NCBI GenBank assembly: GCA_036867785.1
Contig: CP145420.1
Location: forward strand, 1-64,000
DNA length: 64,000 nucleotides
Source of the DNA: Plasmodiophora brassicae
Lineage: Eukaryota
Reading direction: 5' to 3'
Part shown: positions 60,374-64,000 of the stretch, in pieces
Layout: each line of letters begins with the position of its first letter
Numbering within the stretch: position 1 is the stretch's first letter
Position numbers and translations under genes: made by a program
Notes under the pieces: model-generated
What the model saw: the letters and a program-made list of their open reading frames with translations, nothing else
Databases searched by the model: none
Told to the model about the DNA's origin: nothing

Positions 60374-61462
60374 TTAGAGGAGCGGTGCAAAGGGGACAGC
60401 AGGAGGTGCAGGCGGGATGGGCGGCGCAGGAGGTGCAGGCAGGACGGGTGGCATAGGAGGTGCAGGCAGGACGGGTGGCGCAGGAGGTGGAGGGGGGACC
60501 GGCGGCACAGGTACAACCGGGGGCACAGGTGCAACCGGTGCCAAAGGTGGAGCGAGTGGTACGGCGGGCGCCAACGGTGGGGCCGCTGGAAAGCCTGCCG
60601 CGAATAATGGCGGTGCTGGCGGCAATGGCGCAACACGATGAGCGAATGGCCCGACTGGTAGCGGGTATACATCTGCCTCCACAGGCAGGGGTGGAGGGCG
60701 GTGCACCGCAAAGACCAGCTGCGGGACAGTCATGTCCACGAGGGTGGGACCATTAAGAGGCGCTCCTGGCAGAGGAGGTGGCGGGACCGGGTCCCAGCGT
60801 GCAACGGGGGGAAATGGGTCACCCCTGGGACCCCAGACGTCGGACCAGGGTGCCAGCGGGATGATTGGCGGGAAGTCTGGGACGAATGGGGGCGCTAATT
60901 GCACGACGGGTCGTAGCGGGTACCGTCCGAGCAACTCTGCTGGTATGACAAACGGCGGGGCAGCAGCACCTGGAGCCATGGGCGGGGCAGCACCGCCTGG
61001 AGCCATGGGTGGGGCAGCACCGCCTGGAGCCATGGGCGGGGCAGCACCGCCTGGAGCCATGGGCGGGGCGGCCGGCGCAGGCAGGGCGCCGGTAGGTGGA
61101 AATGCTCCCGGAGCGGCAGGCGCAACAGGCGGCAAGGCCCCTGCGAACGCGGGCGCCGCATATGCCGACGAGAACCCGGCCAGCAACGCAGCGGATGGGT
61201 CTGACCCGGATGGCAAACGTGGAGCTGGCGGGGCAGGTGCCGTCGTTGGTGCCTCTGCGGGAGGTGCAGTCGTCGCCATCGTAGTAGTCGCAGGCACGTT
61301 CATCGTTACAGTCGCCGGCGCAGCAGCGGTCGCCACTGCAGCAGGTGCCGCTGCGGCTGCCAATTCCGGGGACACCGAATTCCCTGGCCATGTGTACGAT
61401 CCTTGGCCGCTGCTGCACCGTGCTAGGATGGTCACCGCGATGGTGACCAGAGCGCGATGCAT
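60374..61462 (-). CDS. Secreted Pro/Ala-rich (extensin-like) protein with (PPMAPGGAA)x4
   Basis: Signal MHRALVTIAVTILARCSSG; 27-bp repeats at ~60957-61070; PPxxP-rich C-terminus. Confidence 0.75.
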   Translation of the reverse strand: MHRALVTIAVTILARCSSGQGSYTWPGNSVSPELAAAAAPAAVATAAAPATVTMNVPATTTMATTAPPAEAPTTAPAPPAPRLPSGSDPSAALLAGFSSAYAAPAFAGALPPVAPAAPGAFPPTGALPAPAAPPMAPGGAAPPMAPGGAAPPMAPGGAAPPMAPGAAAPPFVIPAELLGRYPLRPVVQLAPPFVPDFPPIIPLAPWSDVWGPRGDPFPPVARWDPVPPPPLPGAPLNGPTLVDMTVPQLVFAVHRPPPLPVEADVYPLPVGPFAHRVAPLPPAPPLFAAGFPAAPPLAPAVPLAPPLAPVAPVPPVVPVPPVPPPPPAPPVLPAPPMPPVLPAPPAPPIPPAPPAVPFAPLL

Positions 61463-61858
61463 GATGACAAGTGTCCGGATGATCTGTGGCCCGGAACGGG
61501 ACGCTGACCTCCGAATCACCAAACGTCCCGCCGGTACTGGCGTACGGCGGGTAGTTTTCCCAACGCCGCCAGGGCACGAACTTAGCGCGGCACACATCAG
61601 CAACGACGCCGGCGCTTGTTAGGCTGGCGCGGAGGGCGTACGTATTCGGTATACGGGTGCTGCCCTAATCTTCGTTGACGATGTCGCCCCTCGTCAGGCA
61701 GCGTGCAGCTCGCGGAGTTGCGGCACAGACCGGGGGGAAGCTCCGCGTTTGCCACCAGGTGAATTCCCCCGTCGGGCGGCCTGCACCCGTCGCAGGCCTG
61801 GCCGTGCCAACCGGGGCCCGTCCTTATATTAACACTGATTGTCGAGTTCCGTCGCCGC

Positions 61859-64000
61859 ATGCTGCACGGCACGTGTGCCAGGGTCGCCTGGCCCCGTCGC
61901 CTCGTCGGCTACTGCCGGCGCACTCCGATGGCCACGTTCGCCTCTGCCGCGGCGCCGTTTGCGCTCGACGCTGGCTTCGTCAACCAGTATGCGGACAGGG
62001 TTGGCGTGCTATGGTACCTGTATGCGTTTTGATGCTGGCTTGCTGACGGTGCTGGGCAGGCAGCGCCGTTCGGGTTCAACGGTCTCGGCGAGCTCGTCTA
62101 CCGGCGGACGTATTCGCGAGCGAAGCCGACCGGCGATAACGAGGAATGGTTCGAGACGGTCGAACGCGTCGTCAACGGGACGTTCAGCATGCAGAAACGG
62201 TGGATCGATCAGTCCGGCCTGCTGTGGGATGCGGACCGGGCACAACGCAGCGCGCAGGTTCCCCCATCGTTGCTCATACCTGGTTTCCGACGTGTAATGG
62301 ACGCCCACACAGGACATGTATGATCGTATATGGTCATTGAAATTCGTACCACCGGTCAGCGACCCTGGCCCATGATCTGTGTCACACCAGCACTTGCCAA
62401 CGCTGTTCGAACAGGGTCGAGGTTTGTGGGCAATGGGGTCGCCGCTGACCGAGGAACGCGGCCTGTTCGCCGCCCTGAACAACTGCGCCTTCGTCTCCAC
62501 CCGGGATCTCGACCGCGACCCAATCCGCCCGTTCACGTTCCTCATGGATGCGTCCATGCTGGGCGTCGGCGTCGGGTTCGACACCAAGGTCGGTCTGTCG
62601 CTGGCACCCCGCGACCAGCGCCCCTTCGTCTACTGACGCGTCATCATGCTCAGGGCGTAGGCAAGATTGTCGTCAAGGGCATCGACTACAGCGCCCCGGT
62701 CCAGCATTACAGCGTTGCCGACAGCCGTGAGGGATGGGTCGATGCGGTGCGCGTGATGCTTCAGTCCTGCTTCTCGGCTGGCCCTCCCATCGTAGGTGCA
62801 TCCGGGATCCAGGCACCACCGTGTGGACGCGACCTTACGGGTCCCCATGTGTTTGTTCCAGAGATACGACGTGTCGCAAGTTCGACCGGCAGGAGCGCCC
62901 ATCCGGGGATTCGGCGGTACCGCCAGTGGCCCGGGCCCTTTGCTCAGCGTACGTGCTCGTTGGCCTGCCCAGACGCGCGCCGTTCGTGTTCTGACCATTG
63001 CCACCGGTCAGCTATTGGAATCGATCGAGGCGACGCTGCGCGCGCTGACGGGCCGCCCGATCACCGTTACCGCCATCACCGATCTCATGAACCTGATCGG
63101 CAAGTGCGTCGTCTCTGGCAACGTCAGGCGCACGGCCGAGATCGCGTTCGGCGACCCCGACCTCGACGAGTACCTCGACCTGAAGGTCGCGTGTGTCCTG
63201 TATCGAACGTGCGCGTCCTGCTGACCGGCGTTGTCGAACAGGACTACGAGAAGAACCCGTCTCGCGAGGGGCACGGGTGGACCTCGAACAATTCCGTGTT
63301 CGCCCGCGTCGGCATGGACTACGAGCGCGTCTGCTCCCGGGTCGCCCGGAACGGCGAGCCCGGGTTCGCCTGGCTCGACAACATGCGCGCGTACGGGCGC
63401 ATGTCCGACCCGGCCAACGATCGCGACCGACGGGCGGAAGGCGGCAACCCGTGCCTGGAGCAGACGCTGGAGTCGTTCGAGCTGTGCTGCCTGGTGGAGA
63501 CGTTCCCGGCCCGGCACGCCTCGCTGGACGACTTCCTGCGGACGCTGAAGGCGGCGCTGCTGTACGCGAAGACGGTGACGCTGGGCGCGACGCGCTGGCC
63601 CGAATCGAATCGTGTCATGCTGCGGAACCGTCGCATCGGGTGCTCCATGTCGGGGATCGCCCAGTTCATCACGCAGCGCGGCCTGCACGCCCTGCACGAC
63701 TGGTGCCAGGCCGGGTACGCCGCCGTCCAGCTGTGCGACGAACGCGTCAGCGAGTGGCTGGCCGTGCCCCGGTCCATCAAGTCGACCTGCATCAAGCCGT
63801 CCGGCACCGTCTCCCTGCTGGCGGGCGCCACACCCGGCATGCACTACCCCGAGTCGCGCTTCTACATTCGACGCGTCCGCCTGGCGTCCACGTCGGACCT
63901 GCTGGAACCCGTGCGACGCGCCGGGTACCCGGTGGAGCCCTGCGCGACGACGCCCGACACGGCCGTCGTGGAGATCCCGGTCGACGTTGGCGCGGGCATC
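61859..64000 (+). CDS. nrdJ: Class II adenosylcobalamin-dependent ribonucleoside-triphosphate reductase (monomeric NrdJ/RTPR type), multi-exon, truncated by the window edge
   Basis: GFNGLGELVYRRTYSR, PP/GRGLWAMG, ALNNCAF, DSREGW, GFGGTASGP.PL, CVVSGNVRRTAEI, SNNSV, NPCLEQ.LE..ELCCLVE, NRRIG, TCIKPSGTVSLLAG; about 7 GT-AG introns. Confidence 0.95.

Noticed and set aside
60732-61622. Gly/Ala-rich + strand ORF
   Set aside because: Antisense of the Pro-rich secreted gene.
61859-64000. Bacterial or phage insert, or intein, in nrdJ
   Set aside because: Interruptions are short GT-AG introns typical of the host; no intein or homing endonuclease motifs were seen.

Overview
Left end of a eukaryotic chromosome. 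It has a (CCCTAAAA)n telomere, high GC, and dense genes with short (~50-70 nt) GT-AG introns; this profile fits a phytomyxid such as Plasmodiophora brassicae (inference, not verified). The telomere is joined directly to the 3' end of an intact Ty3/Gypsy chromovirus ORF: the stop codon comes from telomeric repeats and the 3' LTR is absent. That element abuts a decayed LINE whose RT region folds back as a ~220 bp inverted repeat. Inward lie a divergent EF1A-like GTPase probably fused to a Zn-finger SDR, a secreted two-repeat protein, and a myosin whose tail is a catalytically dead PTEN phosphatase plus C2 domain. Next come housekeeping genes: PAC1-like, UEV/MMS2, mitochondrial EF-Tu, MBF1, CDCA7-type zinc finger, LRRC51, p47/UBX, TOP2, an RRM protein, PUS3, EMC2, VPS18 and NDUFA6. 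The window also holds a palindromic MITE-like repeat, an EMC2/VPS18 tandem duplication with reciprocal gene loss around a second hairpin, and a cluster of secreted repeat-rich proteins including a head-to-head vWD pair. An intron-containing B12-dependent class II ribonucleotide reductase runs off the right edge. Exon boundaries were read by eye and family calls rest on recalled motifs, not on searches.
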